Virus record (IMG/VR): IMGVR_UViG_3300037991_004194
Location: 1-45,086 of that record
Length of the DNA stretch: 45,086 bases
Reading direction: 5' to 3' (one strand)
Source: a virus
Taxonomy: Duplodnaviria; Caudoviricetes
The position numbers and the translations under genes are program-made. The notes beneath the pieces are model-generated. The model was not told the origin of the DNA and searched no databases. It saw only the letters and a list, made by a program, of their open reading frames with translations. This document shows positions 1 to 8,208 of the stretch, piece after piece (the first letter of the stretch is position 1; every line of letters begins with the position of its first letter).

Positions 1-109
1 TTATATCCATTTGTTCTTGTGGATGACCACCGGACCATTGCTGTTTATACAGACGTAATGCTTCTCTAATTATCAGAGCATGTTCAGAATTCAGTTTGAT
101 TTCATACAT
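1..109 (-). CDS. Partial copy of the 56-aa ORF nested in the riboswitch (runs off the window start)
   Basis: MYEIKLNSEHALIIREALRLYKQQWSGGHPQEQMDI..., same protein as 44637..44807. Confidence 0.7.
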   Translation of the reverse strand, partial: MYEIKLNSEHALIIREALRLYKQQWSGGHPQEQMDI

Positions 110-240
110 GGATGAACGTACGGCGAGGTTAGAAGAATCCAGGAATCAATTGACCAGTCACAGCGTAAGCTCCAATAGCAGCAACCACCCCTAGCATTGC
201 CAAACGTCCGTTAAGAAGCTCGGCGTTTTCTTTGTTGTAC
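1..240. repeat. Terminal overlap, copy 1 (imperfect direct repeat of ~44699-44940)
   Basis: 1-160 matches 44699-44858 with only two substitutions (positions 92 and 98). Beyond 160 the copies diverge, mostly at synonymous sites of hli. Confidence 0.95.
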
Positions 241-242
241 AT
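129..242 (-). CDS. hli: High-light-inducible protein (Hli), 37 aa
   Basis: MYNKENAELLNGRLAMLGVVAAIGAYAVTGQLIPGFF has the ExxNGRxAMxG chlorophyll-binding motif and TGQxxPGxF end. Start placed at ATG 242 by comparison with the second copy. Confidence 0.95.
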   Translation of the reverse strand: MYNKENAELLNGRLAMLGVVAAIGAYAVTGQLIPGFF

Positions 243-387
243 TTGATTTTTTTGATTTTTTAGTTTTTTTGCGAAGCAGTTTTTTGATGATCGCTTCTTT
301 TTCTTTTGTGTTGAGGTTTGCCTTATCTCGTACTTCTTTTGCTGCCTTAATAGGGTTGGCAAGAATTTTCAAGATTTTTCGGTTCAT
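211..387 (-). CDS. Small Lys-rich hypothetical protein, 58 aa
   Basis: MNRKILKILANPIKAAKEVRDKANLNTKEKEAIIKKLLRKK...; its ATG overlaps the upstream stop (ATGA); its end overlaps the hli start. Confidence 0.55.
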   Translation of the reverse strand: MNRKILKILANPIKAAKEVRDKANLNTKEKEAIIKKLLRKKTKKSKKSNVQQRKRRAS

Positions 388-539
388 TTCTTTTTCTTAG
401 CAGTCTTTGCTGATCGCGCAAAGTTTGCAGCAGTTGGTGCACCTTTTGATCCAGGCGACCTCATTTTTTCACCACTGCCAGCAGCAATACGCTTCCGCTT
501 AGCGTGGATATTTGCATAGAGTCCTCGTTTTGCAGGCAT
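384..539 (-). CDS. Small basic protein, 51 aa
   Basis: MPAKRGLYANIHAKRKRIAAGSGEKMRSPGSKGAPTAANFARSAKTAKKKK; a diverged homologue occurs at 44940-45086. Confidence 0.85.
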   Translation of the reverse strand: MPAKRGLYANIHAKRKRIAAGSGEKMRSPGSKGAPTAANFARSAKTAKKKK

Positions 540-541
540 AA

Positions 542-781
542 TTAACACTTCCATTTACGTAGAGCCAACGCTTTCCTTGTCGGTTTACCGTTGGGTTTTT
601 TCATTGGTCCTTTTACACCACTCATCCGTGCACAGAAAGAGCGTTTACGTGCCCCTCCACCAGGTTGTGGTGCTTTTAAATTTGATCCTGTTGCCCTGTT
701 GTACTTTGCCCGGCCCTTGGCTGTAAGCCCCCCAGACCGTGACTTATGAGTACCCATCTTGAGACTTACATTCTTAGCCAT
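542..781 (-). CDS. Small basic phage protein (DUF6321-like)
   Basis: GGLTAKGRAKYNRATGSNLKAP...RKRSFCARMSG...LALRKWKC pattern recalled from marine phages. Confidence 0.75.
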   Translation of the reverse strand: MAKNVSLKMGTHKSRSGGLTAKGRAKYNRATGSNLKAPQPGGGARKRSFCARMSGVKGPMKKPNGKPTRKALALRKWKC

Positions 782-948
782 TACTTTTTCCTTTTAGCCC
801 TAAGCATTTTAAGGTCAGAAGCATCAATTTTATTGGGACTTCCCCCCATTCGTGCAATTGTTTTCTGTTTAGTGCTGAGTTTTTTTGCGGGCTTTTTTTT
901 GGGCGGACGACCTTTTTGTGATCCGTATGTACCCTTTCCGTATGGCAT
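781..948 (-). CDS. Small basic protein, 55 aa (not in ORF track)
   Basis: MPYGKGTYGSQKGRPPKKKPAKKLSTKQKTIARMGGSPNKIDASDLKMLRAKRKK; fills the gap between scaffold and the next gene with a TAATG overlap. Confidence 0.8.
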   Translation of the reverse strand: MPYGKGTYGSQKGRPPKKKPAKKLSTKQKTIARMGGSPNKIDASDLKMLRAKRKK

Positions 949-953
949 AATAA

Positions 954-1727
954 TTAATAAGTAAGGTTAGATCTGTCTAGTTTTTCAAATATATCCTGCC
1001 GATAAGCTGGGTCTCTGTCGTAACGTGGGTCAGACATTGCTTCTACAACTTCTGCCTGACTACGGAATACATCAACCTGTTGTCTAGGTGCACGACCAGT
1101 TGCCATTTCACCATCAAAACCAACAGACTTTTCCATCTCTGCTTTTAGACCAGAGACGGCCAACTTAATAAGACGTGCATTACCGCTATCTACAAGTTGG
1201 TCGAAGGCTTCTACATCAGACGGGTCTAGATTTTCTCCAGACCACGACATCAGTTGTTGATAACCTTCTTCACCACCAGCAGTGTTTTTGATTTGATTTA
1301 CTTCAGATTCAGATAAGTCCACTGATGGTGCAGTAGGCAAGTTACCTTGCATCTCCATATAAGCATTCACAAGATCTGCACTAGACATAGAATTAAATTG
1401 TTCCATGACCTCTGGTGTGATTTCACCAGTTTCTGCATACATCGTTGATGCTTCTGTAATTAACGACTGAGCTGGAGATATTTCTACTTCTTCTTCGTCT
1501 TTGGTTTCGTCGGTTTCTGACACTGGCAATTCTTCGCCATTTGTTTCACCTAGTTTTTTTTGTAGTTCAATGTAAGCTTGCTCTAATGCCTCAGCATCTT
1601 TAAACTTACCTGCCAGCATCTGTTGCTGATCTGCTGCCGCCTGTTCACCAATAGCTATAGCTTCTTGCTCAGCTTCAGTGAATTCAGGGTTGTCAGCAGG
1701 GGTGGGATCATACGTCAGTGTAGCCAT
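954..1727 (-). CDS. gp9: Capsid assembly scaffolding protein (T7 gp9-like)
   Basis: Acidic; LAGKFKDAEALEQAYIELQKKLG, GGEEGYQQLMSW and FRSQAEVVEAMSDPRY...DPAYR motifs; follows portal. Confidence 0.93.
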   Translation of the reverse strand: MATLTYDPTPADNPEFTEAEQEAIAIGEQAAADQQQMLAGKFKDAEALEQAYIELQKKLGETNGEELPVSETDETKDEEEVEISPAQSLITEASTMYAETGEITPEVMEQFNSMSSADLVNAYMEMQGNLPTAPSVDLSESEVNQIKNTAGGEEGYQQLMSWSGENLDPSDVEAFDQLVDSGNARLIKLAVSGLKAEMEKSVGFDGEMATGRAPRQQVDVFRSQAEVVEAMSDPRYDRDPAYRQDIFEKLDRSNLTY

Positions 1728-1917
1728 TTACAGTTTTTACTTTAAGGTTTCCAAGTCCAACAGTATTAACAATATTCTTAGGACGATTTGCACCAATTTT
1801 TGGTTTAGGTGCATATTTATTTTCAACTGCGTCTTCTACGGTTAGTTCTACTTTTTCGTTAGGGGGTTGTTTAACCTTCCGGGTCCGGGTCCGCTTCTTG
1901 GTTTCCTGTGAGTCCAT
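1708..1917 (-). CDS. Hypothetical protein between portal and scaffold
   Basis: 69-aa ORF overlapping both neighbours (NKYAPKPKIG). Confidence 0.6.
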   Translation of the reverse strand: MDSQETKKRTRTRKVKQPPNEKVELTVEDAVENKYAPKPKIGANRPKNIVNTVGLGNLKVKTVNGYTDV

Positions 1918-3490
1918 TCATCATCTCCATAGCTTGTGGGTTCTTGGTGGGATCCGCCATCGGTGCTGATGCAAACTGCCCAGCCTGTTTGACTAGCTCT
2001 TGCTGTGCCATCATTTGCTGTTGTTCTTGCATCTGTCCTTGTACTTCTTGCAAACTCTTCACAAGGTTAAGTACATCGATACCTTGTGCAGTTGCAAGAC
2101 GCTTAATAAACTCATCAGGGTTGATGAACTTAGCGATTGATTCAGGACCCATTGTCTGTGCAATGGTTGTGATGAACTGGATCAGTGATTCTCTATCTTG
2201 ACCACGACCAAGTGCGTTTACACCAGCCACGATCTGTGGACGGACAATACCTTTTGGTAGCTTAGGTAGTTGACCACTACGCTGTAGCACCATCAAGGTA
2301 CGATCAAGATATGGTTTAAGGAACTCAACAGTCAACAGTGAGAACATCCCACCTAGTTGCTGCTCTAGTTCCAGTTGTGTTAGACGTACTTCCTCTGCAG
2401 TTGTACGTTCTGATTGTCTGATGTTCAATACCATGAATGCATCAGAGATACGCTGACCTAATTGATTAGCCATTTCATAGGCTGTTCTGAAGTCAGCTGT
2501 TTTGCCAACCTGTACAACTTGTACATCATCAGGTCTACCTTGAATAATTGCACCGTTGCCAGCTTGAGCCAGAGTCTGTGGTTTAGTTGTACTTGAGGGT
2601 GATACAAGGAAGACAACCTTAGCGGCTGCTGCAGAGCCTTCTATCAATGCCTGAGAGAGTGCTTCGAGTGACTTTAGATCTCCTAGAAACTCTTCTACTC
2701 TGCCACGACCATAAGGTTCCCCATCAAATGTATTAAACCTAAGAACTAACCACGGCGTTGCATTTTTTGGTGCAGTGCTGGTGCTCTTAGGAAGCATCTT
2801 ATCTTCTGCCTCTTGGAACCAGGTCCACCTACCGTTGTTCTTATCTAGCTTGACGTGTGTAAATACCTCAACGTCATCATCGAATGTATTGGCTCCAGTC
2901 TTACCGTTTAGACCACCACCAGCAGAGACTTCATTAGGTTTTTTCTCTTCAGCAGGTGGTAGTCCTAGTACACGACGACTGATCAGTTCCTTTGTGACAA
3001 TCTCAATGACATTACCGTTGCCATCACGGTCAACCACATAACGATTCAGTGGGTAGTTCTTAAGTCCATCTTTACCCATGAAGATAAGAGAGTTACCTCC
3101 TACGATCAGATGTTTAATGGCTTGATGAACAACCACTCGATCATTTGATGCATTGATGTAGTCCATAACCATTCGTTCCATTTTAGAAAACGAAAGGTCA
3201 AGTTCACTACGAATTTCTGGATCAAGCTCTTCTCCTAACTTGTCATCTCTGACCTGTAGTTTAAAAAAGCTTGTCTGTGGTGGGAGCAAAGCAAGCATCA
3301 ATTTAGATGCTAGAGTCACACACGCTTTAGCTCCTACACTTTGCCAAGGTGTTTTTAATGGCTTGTGATTTGAGTTTTCACCATCTCTCGAAATCAAATA
3401 AGGTAGCGTCAGTTGTGAGCATTCGTAAGCAACGTCCAGGAACTGTTGACGTTCACTTTGCAGCTCATTATATCTTTGACGAGCACTCAT
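1871..3490 (-). CDS. gp8: Portal (head-tail connector), T7 gp8-like
   Basis: PWQSVGAK..LASKLMLALLP, YGRGRVEE.LGDL.SL and ERTTAEEVR motifs. Confidence 0.97.
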   Translation of the reverse strand: MSARQRYNELQSERQQFLDVAYECSQLTLPYLISRDGENSNHKPLKTPWQSVGAKACVTLASKLMLALLPPQTSFFKLQVRDDKLGEELDPEIRSELDLSFSKMERMVMDYINASNDRVVVHQAIKHLIVGGNSLIFMGKDGLKNYPLNRYVVDRDGNGNVIEIVTKELISRRVLGLPPAEEKKPNEVSAGGGLNGKTGANTFDDDVEVFTHVKLDKNNGRWTWFQEAEDKMLPKSTSTAPKNATPWLVLRFNTFDGEPYGRGRVEEFLGDLKSLEALSQALIEGSAAAAKVVFLVSPSSTTKPQTLAQAGNGAIIQGRPDDVQVVQVGKTADFRTAYEMANQLGQRISDAFMVLNIRQSERTTAEEVRLTQLELEQQLGGMFSLLTVEFLKPYLDRTLMVLQRSGQLPKLPKGIVRPQIVAGVNALGRGQDRESLIQFITTIAQTMGPESIAKFINPDEFIKRLATAQGIDVLNLVKSLQEVQGQMQEQQQMMAQQELVKQAGQFASAPMADPTKNPQAMEMMNGLTGNQEADPDPEG

Positions 3491-3735
3491 ACGTTGAGTC
3501 CCCCTGAATCACTACCTAGATTCAATCCACTTTTTAGTGAAGATTGATTTATTCGTCCTGTCCTACCAGCTGTAGATCTTTGACCCCCGATTCTCAAGTC
3601 TGGCGCGGCACCAGCAGCTTGTAGCTGTACAGGTGCTTTTTTTGCAGCAGGGGGCGGCGGAGGGGCAGCAAAGGCTGGGGGCAGTGGCTGTGGCTTAGGA
3701 GGCTTAGGAGGTTTTGGAGCGTTGAAAAGGCACAT
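3487..3735 (-). CDS. Small virion protein (gp6.7/7.3-like position)
   Basis: MCLFNAPKPPKPP... Met-Cys start and Pro-rich N-terminus directly upstream of portal; start placed at ATG 3735. Confidence 0.7.
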   Translation of the reverse strand: MCLFNAPKPPKPPKPQPLPPAFAAPPPPPAAKKAPVQLQAAGAAPDLRIGGQRSTAGRTGRINQSSLKSGLNLGSDSGGLNV

Positions 3736-3737
3736 TG

Positions 3738-3917
3738 TTATTCTTCCATGCGTTGTTTTAACCACTCGACAACATGTCTTTGACCAGCTTGATACATAAT
3801 CTTTTCCATGTTGTCGTATGGTGTAGGTTGAACTGGTGGAAAGTTTTCGTCCATCTCTTTTAAGATGGCATTAGCTTGTAGACCATATGTCTCAAGCTGA
3901 TTCATACTAATCGTCAT
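3738..3917 (-). CDS. T7 gp6.5-like small protein, 59 aa (not in ORF track)
   Basis: ...EMDENFPPVQPTPYDNMEKIMYQAGQRHVVEWLKQRMEE; IMYxAGQxxVVEW motif. Confidence 0.75.
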   Translation of the reverse strand: MTISMNQLETYGLQANAILKEMDENFPPVQPTPYDNMEKIMYQAGQRHVVEWLKQRMEE

Positions 3918-4029
3918 TCTTTTTGTGGCAGGATCTACAAGTTACTTCAGTGATTGGATAGTTAGCATTCACTTTAATCTCATCACCACAAACCTTGCAC
4001 TTCATTATCTTTACTGGATGTAGTTCCAT
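3907..4029 (-). CDS. Small Zn-ribbon-like protein, 40 aa
   Basis: MELHPVKIMKCKVCGDEIKVNANYPITEVTCRSCHKKNDD has two CxxC pairs; TAATG coupling to the RNR beta stop. Confidence 0.65.
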   Translation of the reverse strand: MELHPVKIMKCKVCGDEIKVNANYPITEVTCRSCHKKNDD

Positions 4030-4304
4030 TATGCATAGCTTGGTAGGTTTACATTGCTATGCTCAAAGAACGCCAACATACGACCTGATTTTGTCGCAGA
4101 AAAGTTTGGAGCTTTTCCTTGATACATCAGGTTATCGCTGGAATCCAACCAAAATTTTTTGTCCAAATATCTTGACTCAGTATTTGTACTTAGGGGCTCC
4201 ATGACCCAATTGATTGTCGCCTTCCTCAGTTTATCCAAGGAAGGAGAGTATTTGAGTCCCAACTCTTTACACACGATGTTGTTTGTAGCGACGTGAATTT
4301 GTTC
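4029..4304 (-). CDS. nrdB: Ribonucleotide reductase beta (ferritin-like) subunit, exon 2
   Basis: EQIHVATN... completes the D-E-x-x-H motif begun by ...ISRD in exon 1; spliced product 240 aa. Confidence 0.88.
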   Translation of the reverse strand, partial: EQIHVATNNIVCKELGLKYSPSLDKLRKATINWVMEPLSTNTESRYLDKKFWLDSSDNLMYQGKAPNFSATKSGRMLAFFEHSNVNLPSYA

Positions 4305-4541
4305 CAATTTGTTATCGTAAAAGCTCTTTATCTTTTACTTCTGCATCTTTACCATTGATGCAGTTCAGACTATATCTTCATCCTATAAGGATGCTAGGCA
4401 CTCGTGTCTCCATTACTGTGTTACCACTCGGGAGTTAGTCGTTGAACCTTCCAACTTGTAGGCTGGCTTGGCTGCTGATTGTCCATTTAGGAGGAGTTCC
4501 AGCAATTCACCTAGTTTTTTAAAGTAGGGACCAACTAATCA
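4305..4541 (-). mobile_element. Group I intron (237 nt, no ORF) in RNR beta
   Basis: P GAAUUGCUGGAA, Q AAUCAGCAG, R GUUCAACGACUA, S AAGAUAUAGUC; exon ends in U, intron ends in G; P1 AGUAGAGAU:GUCCCUACU with U.G at the splice site; removal restores the frame. Confidence 0.95.
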
Positions 4542-4988
4542 ATCTCTACTGATATCTGCGCTGACGGTTCGCATTGAAGCTGAACCATTCCACCTAAGAA
4601 ACGGGAGTAAAACAAAGAAAATTGCAGTTTCGGCAACTTTTGCTTTGAGGATAGTGTGATCTGGATGCGACACCCACGCATCACGGAGAATTTTCGCCTC
4701 CTTTTCAGCCTTAGGATCAATGCCGTAAGCATCGGCGAGGAAACCAAGAGCCAGGTCGTGCTTTTCTTCGTCTTTGACATTGGATTGAAGTAGCTCCCGT
4801 GCCAAAGGCGGAACGTCAGAGGCCAAAGCATCATTGATAAAATCTCCTACAGGCAGTTCCATATGTCGTAACGCGAGTGCTCTGTAAATAGTTTCCTCAG
4901 AGCCTTCTATTACCTTCCCAGCATCACCTTTAATTGGTGTCCAGGTTCGTTTTCTTGCTAATAGTTTTTCGTATGGGTTAAGTCTCAT
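4542..4988 (-). CDS. nrdB: Ribonucleotide reductase beta (ferritin-like) subunit, exon 1
   Basis: HMELPV, KDEEKH and VAETAIFF ligand-bearing helices; directly downstream of the alpha subunit. Confidence 0.88.
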
Positions 4989-6376
4989 TCTTGACAGTCA
5001 CAGGTAAGTTGTTCGTTTGCAGAATCTTTAAATAATTTGGCCAAATATTCGTCTACATCAGCTTCATCCAGTGCAGCGTAAGCATCACTTTTGTCTTGTA
5101 CATCCGACATCACTTGAAGGCTGTAGTACAAACTTGTTTGCGGTCCTACCAGCCACTCCTCGATAAACTCACGATCGTATGTCACCATATCTGACCATGA
5201 ATTGAATGAGTAGCTGTGCCATAGTCCAGTCCGCTGGTACATCGTCACAATTCCATTTGCGACAATGCAATAATCATCCCAGCCAACTTCACTGGCGATT
5301 TCTACATCACCGTAATTGAAAGTTTCTGTACCAAACGTCCCGCTATCACGATCAACAGTTCTTGCTATTGGTGGTGCAATCTCTGGTGTGCAGGTGTAAC
5401 CGTCAAGGTCTCGTGAGCGGTAGCTGCAAGACGCTGTAGGGGCGATAGCAAAGGCCCTCTCCATCTTGTGCTCGCGTGCAATGAATGCAGCTTGCTGGAT
5501 GCCATTCTGTAGAGCTGCTGCGAGGTTATGGGCGATTGTCCACTGGACCTCTTGATCTTCATTCAAAATGTCCCATAGTGCATTACCAAAGTCGTGATAA
5601 GTCACCCCATATCTTCGTAGCAGGTTCGCCAGTCCGAGGATACCAAGTCCCACCTGTCGATCAGTTTCAGGAGGTAGGTATTCTCCTGTTTCATCGACTC
5701 CAGTTTTGCCATGTAGGTCGCACAATTCGGACATTCCTTGCACGAATGCACCACTGAGAGTTTCAATTTTGCAGGCTCCAAGGTTGATGTGGCTCAAGAG
5801 GCAGGATCCGCGTGATGGCAGCAATACCTCTAGACACACATTGGCGTAGATTCTTTCTCCTTTGTCGTTGTACCTGATCTTGGTCAACCAGATGTCACCA
5901 GATGCAATACCTTTGTATAGCTTTTCTCTGGTCTCTGAACGCATGTTGTGCCACATTGGTGGTGACAGGTTCACACAACGTTTTACCCATGGCAATGCTT
6001 CTCGTGGAGCTTCGATAAACTCATCAATGTCTGCATGATCCGCGTCTAAATGTAAAACTATGGCACCATTTTTGTATTTTCCACCGCGTCGGATAACCTC
6101 ATTAATGACGCTGAATATTCTGCCAAATGATACGACGCCAGACGCAACAACGCCTGATGGCCTCTCGTGCCCTTGTGGATCGAGGTTTGATAAATGGATT
6201 GAAACTCCTGCTCCATATCTGAGGCCGTGGATAGCAAAGCGGATAGAGTTTGTGATTCCATCGGGACCATCTAGTGAATTACTTGGTACATGAACTGTGC
6301 AGCTCACAGGGAGGCGACCCTCAGGGTCGTTTTGCCAGGATTCGACCCGGCCAGTTTTACTAATAAGGTTTGTCAT
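4985..6376 (-). CDS. nrdA: Ribonucleotide reductase alpha subunit, compact cyanopodovirus type
   Basis: PVSC, NVCLE radical-site motif, CLLSHINL, AIAPTASCS, SLYY and C-terminal CxC; no ATP cone. Confidence 0.93.
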   Translation of the reverse strand: MTNLISKTGRVESWQNDPEGRLPVSCTVHVPSNSLDGPDGITNSIRFAIHGLRYGAGVSIHLSNLDPQGHERPSGVVASGVVSFGRIFSVINEVIRRGGKYKNGAIVLHLDADHADIDEFIEAPREALPWVKRCVNLSPPMWHNMRSETREKLYKGIASGDIWLTKIRYNDKGERIYANVCLEVLLPSRGSCLLSHINLGACKIETLSGAFVQGMSELCDLHGKTGVDETGEYLPPETDRQVGLGILGLANLLRRYGVTYHDFGNALWDILNEDQEVQWTIAHNLAAALQNGIQQAAFIAREHKMERAFAIAPTASCSYRSRDLDGYTCTPEIAPPIARTVDRDSGTFGTETFNYGDVEIASEVGWDDYCIVANGIVTMYQRTGLWHSYSFNSWSDMVTYDREFIEEWLVGPQTSLYYSLQVMSDVQDKSDAYAALDEADVDEYLAKLFKDSANEQLTCDCQE

Positions 6377-6732
6377 ACTAAATCTCCAAGGATTGGGTTT
6401 TTATAATTAGGTCCCTTCAGAACCTTTCCGTCTTCTCTATAAATAGGCTCACCGTTTTCATCGAGCTTTGACATGTTTGACTCGTGAACACGTTTCCAAG
6501 CCTCATCTAAATCCCAACCCATGTTTTCAGCAAACTGCCATACGACATACAGCAGGTCGGTAAGTTCTTTTAATGCAGACGCACGGTCTTCATGATCAAT
6601 AGCATGAAGAAACTCTAGGTGCTCCTCAGCTACTAAATTAGCTTGCATCTGAATGTTGTCGATACTGTTCGTCAAACCGTAGGCTTTCCTGAACTCTCTC
6701 GCTTGCTTGCTGTAGGTGGAATTGAAGCTCAT
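6373..6732 (-). CDS. MazG-like NTP pyrophosphohydrolase
   Basis: EEHLEF...KELTDLLYV...RVHESNMSK...REDGKVLKGPNY. Confidence 0.88.
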   Translation of the reverse strand: MSFNSTYSKQAREFRKAYGLTNSIDNIQMQANLVAEEHLEFLHAIDHEDRASALKELTDLLYVVWQFAENMGWDLDEAWKRVHESNMSKLDENGEPIYREDGKVLKGPNYKNPILGDLV

Positions 6733-6907
6733 TTTCTAAATAGTGGATTGCTTTTGCTAAATCTTTTGCAGCTGTGTTATCTGGTTTGTGACCAGCTCTC
6801 GTTATGTATTTAATTGCACACCCAAGGTGATAATTTAGTTGTTGGTCTCTGATGAAGTCCCATACTTCGATTCCGCCTCGGGTGTAATACTCTGGTGTGC
6901 GGGCCAA
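6638..6907 (-). CDS. DUF3310 / T7 gp1.7-like nucleotide kinase
   Basis: PEYYTRGGIEVWDFI...YHLGCAIKYITRAGHK...DLAKAIHYL; TTG start at 6907 is my estimate. Confidence 0.85.
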   Translation of the reverse strand: MARTPEYYTRGGIEVWDFIRDQQLNYHLGCAIKYITRAGHKPDNTAAKDLAKAIHYLENELQFHLQQASERVQESLRFDEQYRQHSDAS

Positions 6908-7095
6908 TTGACCAGCAGGTTCTTCATGTTGTTTCCCAATACGAAACATTGTCTTTGAAGTGCAATAAATAGGGTGATAATGTCTTTCTTGTCAGCTGCT
7001 GGTAGTAGATCAGATAGTTGACGTACTTTGAACTCCTGCTCCATTGTCAGCTCTGTTACTGGCAAGGGTGGGATGCCAGGGGATGACTCGTCCAT
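6835..7095 (-). CDS. nblA: NblA-like phycobilisome degradation protein
   Basis: LTMEQEFKVR...LFIALQRQCFVLGNNMKNLLVNW matches the NblA LSLEQxF..R..Q..L..W pattern. Confidence 0.8.
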   Translation of the reverse strand: MDESSPGIPPLPVTELTMEQEFKVRQLSDLLPAADKKDIITLFIALQRQCFVLGNNMKNLLVNWPAHQSITPEAESKYGTSSETNN

Positions 7096-7777
7096 CTTTG
7101 TATAATTCTTTGGTTAGTATTCGTGCAAGGCGTGCATTCATAAGTGCATCCTCTTCAGTCATGTTTTTTTCAGCAAAGGCATCGACTACTGTTTCCCATG
7201 TACAGCCGTTCTTTTCCAAGATTGCTGCTGCACGTTTAACACCAATGCCTGGTATTCCACTGTAGCCATCTGTCATATCACCACTCATAGTTTGGATGAA
7301 GAACCAGCGTTCTCCCTCTTCTGGTGTGATGGTGACAGTCTCATCTTTGAAGTCATAAAGTTTGCCAGGGATTTGACGCATGTCTTTGTCTGGTGAACAA
7401 ATGATGTGGCCGGGGTTCTCAGTCGCATAGATGCCAAGAGCATCATCAGCTTCAAGATCATCGATCTTAATTACCTCATAGGTTTTACTTAGTTCATCAA
7501 TAGCTCTTTTGTAACCACAGGGCTTCTTACGATTGCGGTGACCTTTATAATCGGCTGCAATTTTTTTTCGAAAATTTGTGGCGGAGGAGAAAAAAAGTAT
7601 AAGGTCGTCAAAAAGACCAAGATGAGATTTGACATTGTAAAGATCACGTTCAACAAGTTTCATTACCTCTGAGAATCGGCTAGTGACAACAATGACATCA
7701 TCACCAAAGTCAAAGTCTTCCTCTGCAGCTGCACAGCATTTGTAGACAATAAAGTCAGCATCGATCAGTAAACTCAT
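7010..7777 (-). CDS. gp6: 5'-3' exonuclease (T7 gp6-like)
   Basis: LLIDADF, YKGHR, LEADD, SPDKDM.QIPG and GDMTDGYSGIPGIG motifs. Confidence 0.95.
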   Translation of the reverse strand: MSLLIDADFIVYKCCAAAEEDFDFGDDVIVVTSRFSEVMKLVERDLYNVKSHLGLFDDLILFFSSATNFRKKIAADYKGHRNRKKPCGYKRAIDELSKTYEVIKIDDLEADDALGIYATENPGHIICSPDKDMRQIPGKLYDFKDETVTITPEEGERWFFIQTMSGDMTDGYSGIPGIGVKRAAAILEKNGCTWETVVDAFAEKNMTEEDALMNARLARILTKELYKDGRVIPWHPTLASNRADNGAGVQSTSTI

Positions 7778-8208
7778 GACCAGAAATCCTTCCAGTTAGT
7801 AGGGTACTTTGTTTTTTGACCCCAAGATACAGCGTGATTACCGGTATCTACATGAACTAAAAATATACCCTTTTCAGGCATATTATGTGTAGAACTTGCT
7901 TTAACATCAATTGAAATTTTTTCACCATCTTTTTCGATGATAAGATCTGTTTTACCTGAGCTGCCGACGTTTTTGTAAACATGAGCGCCTCTCTCCATAG
8001 CTGCAACAATAACTATGTGTTCATAAAGATCACCTTTAAAATTTGGGTCAGTGTGTCTCGGCCCAACTGTTACCTGACTTTGCTTCTGCTCCGATTGGAA
8101 CTCTGAAGTTGTAATATTCTCCTGCTTCTGCTGCTGAGAGTACCAGGGATGCTTGTAAATCTTGTACATGTAAAGGTAGAGTTTCAAATTGCAGTTCGTC
8201 GTGAACAA
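7774..8208 (-). CDS. PD-(D/E)XK-like free-standing endonuclease (true start probably near 8050-8070)
   Basis: KGDLYE...GKTDLII...ISIDVKAS fits E...D...(D/E)xK; inserted between polymerase and exonuclease. Confidence 0.6.
   Translation of the reverse strand: MFTTNCNLKLYLYMYKIYKHPWYSQQQKQENITTSEFQSEQKQSQVTVGPRHTDPNFKGDLYEHIVIVAAMERGAHVYKNVGSSGKTDLIIEKDGEKISIDVKASSTHNMPEKGIFLVHVDTGNHAVSWGQKTKYPTNWKDFWS

Noticed and set aside
1-160. End repeat as the phage's physical terminal repeat
   Set aside because: It falls in the middle of the late region. T7-like termini are expected between terminase and early genes (~19.1-20.3 kb), so this is most likely an assembly overlap.
243-362. N-terminal extension of hli in the ORF track (77 aa)
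   Set aside because: The second hli copy starts at the equivalent of 242, and this region is better explained by the 211-387 ORF in another frame.
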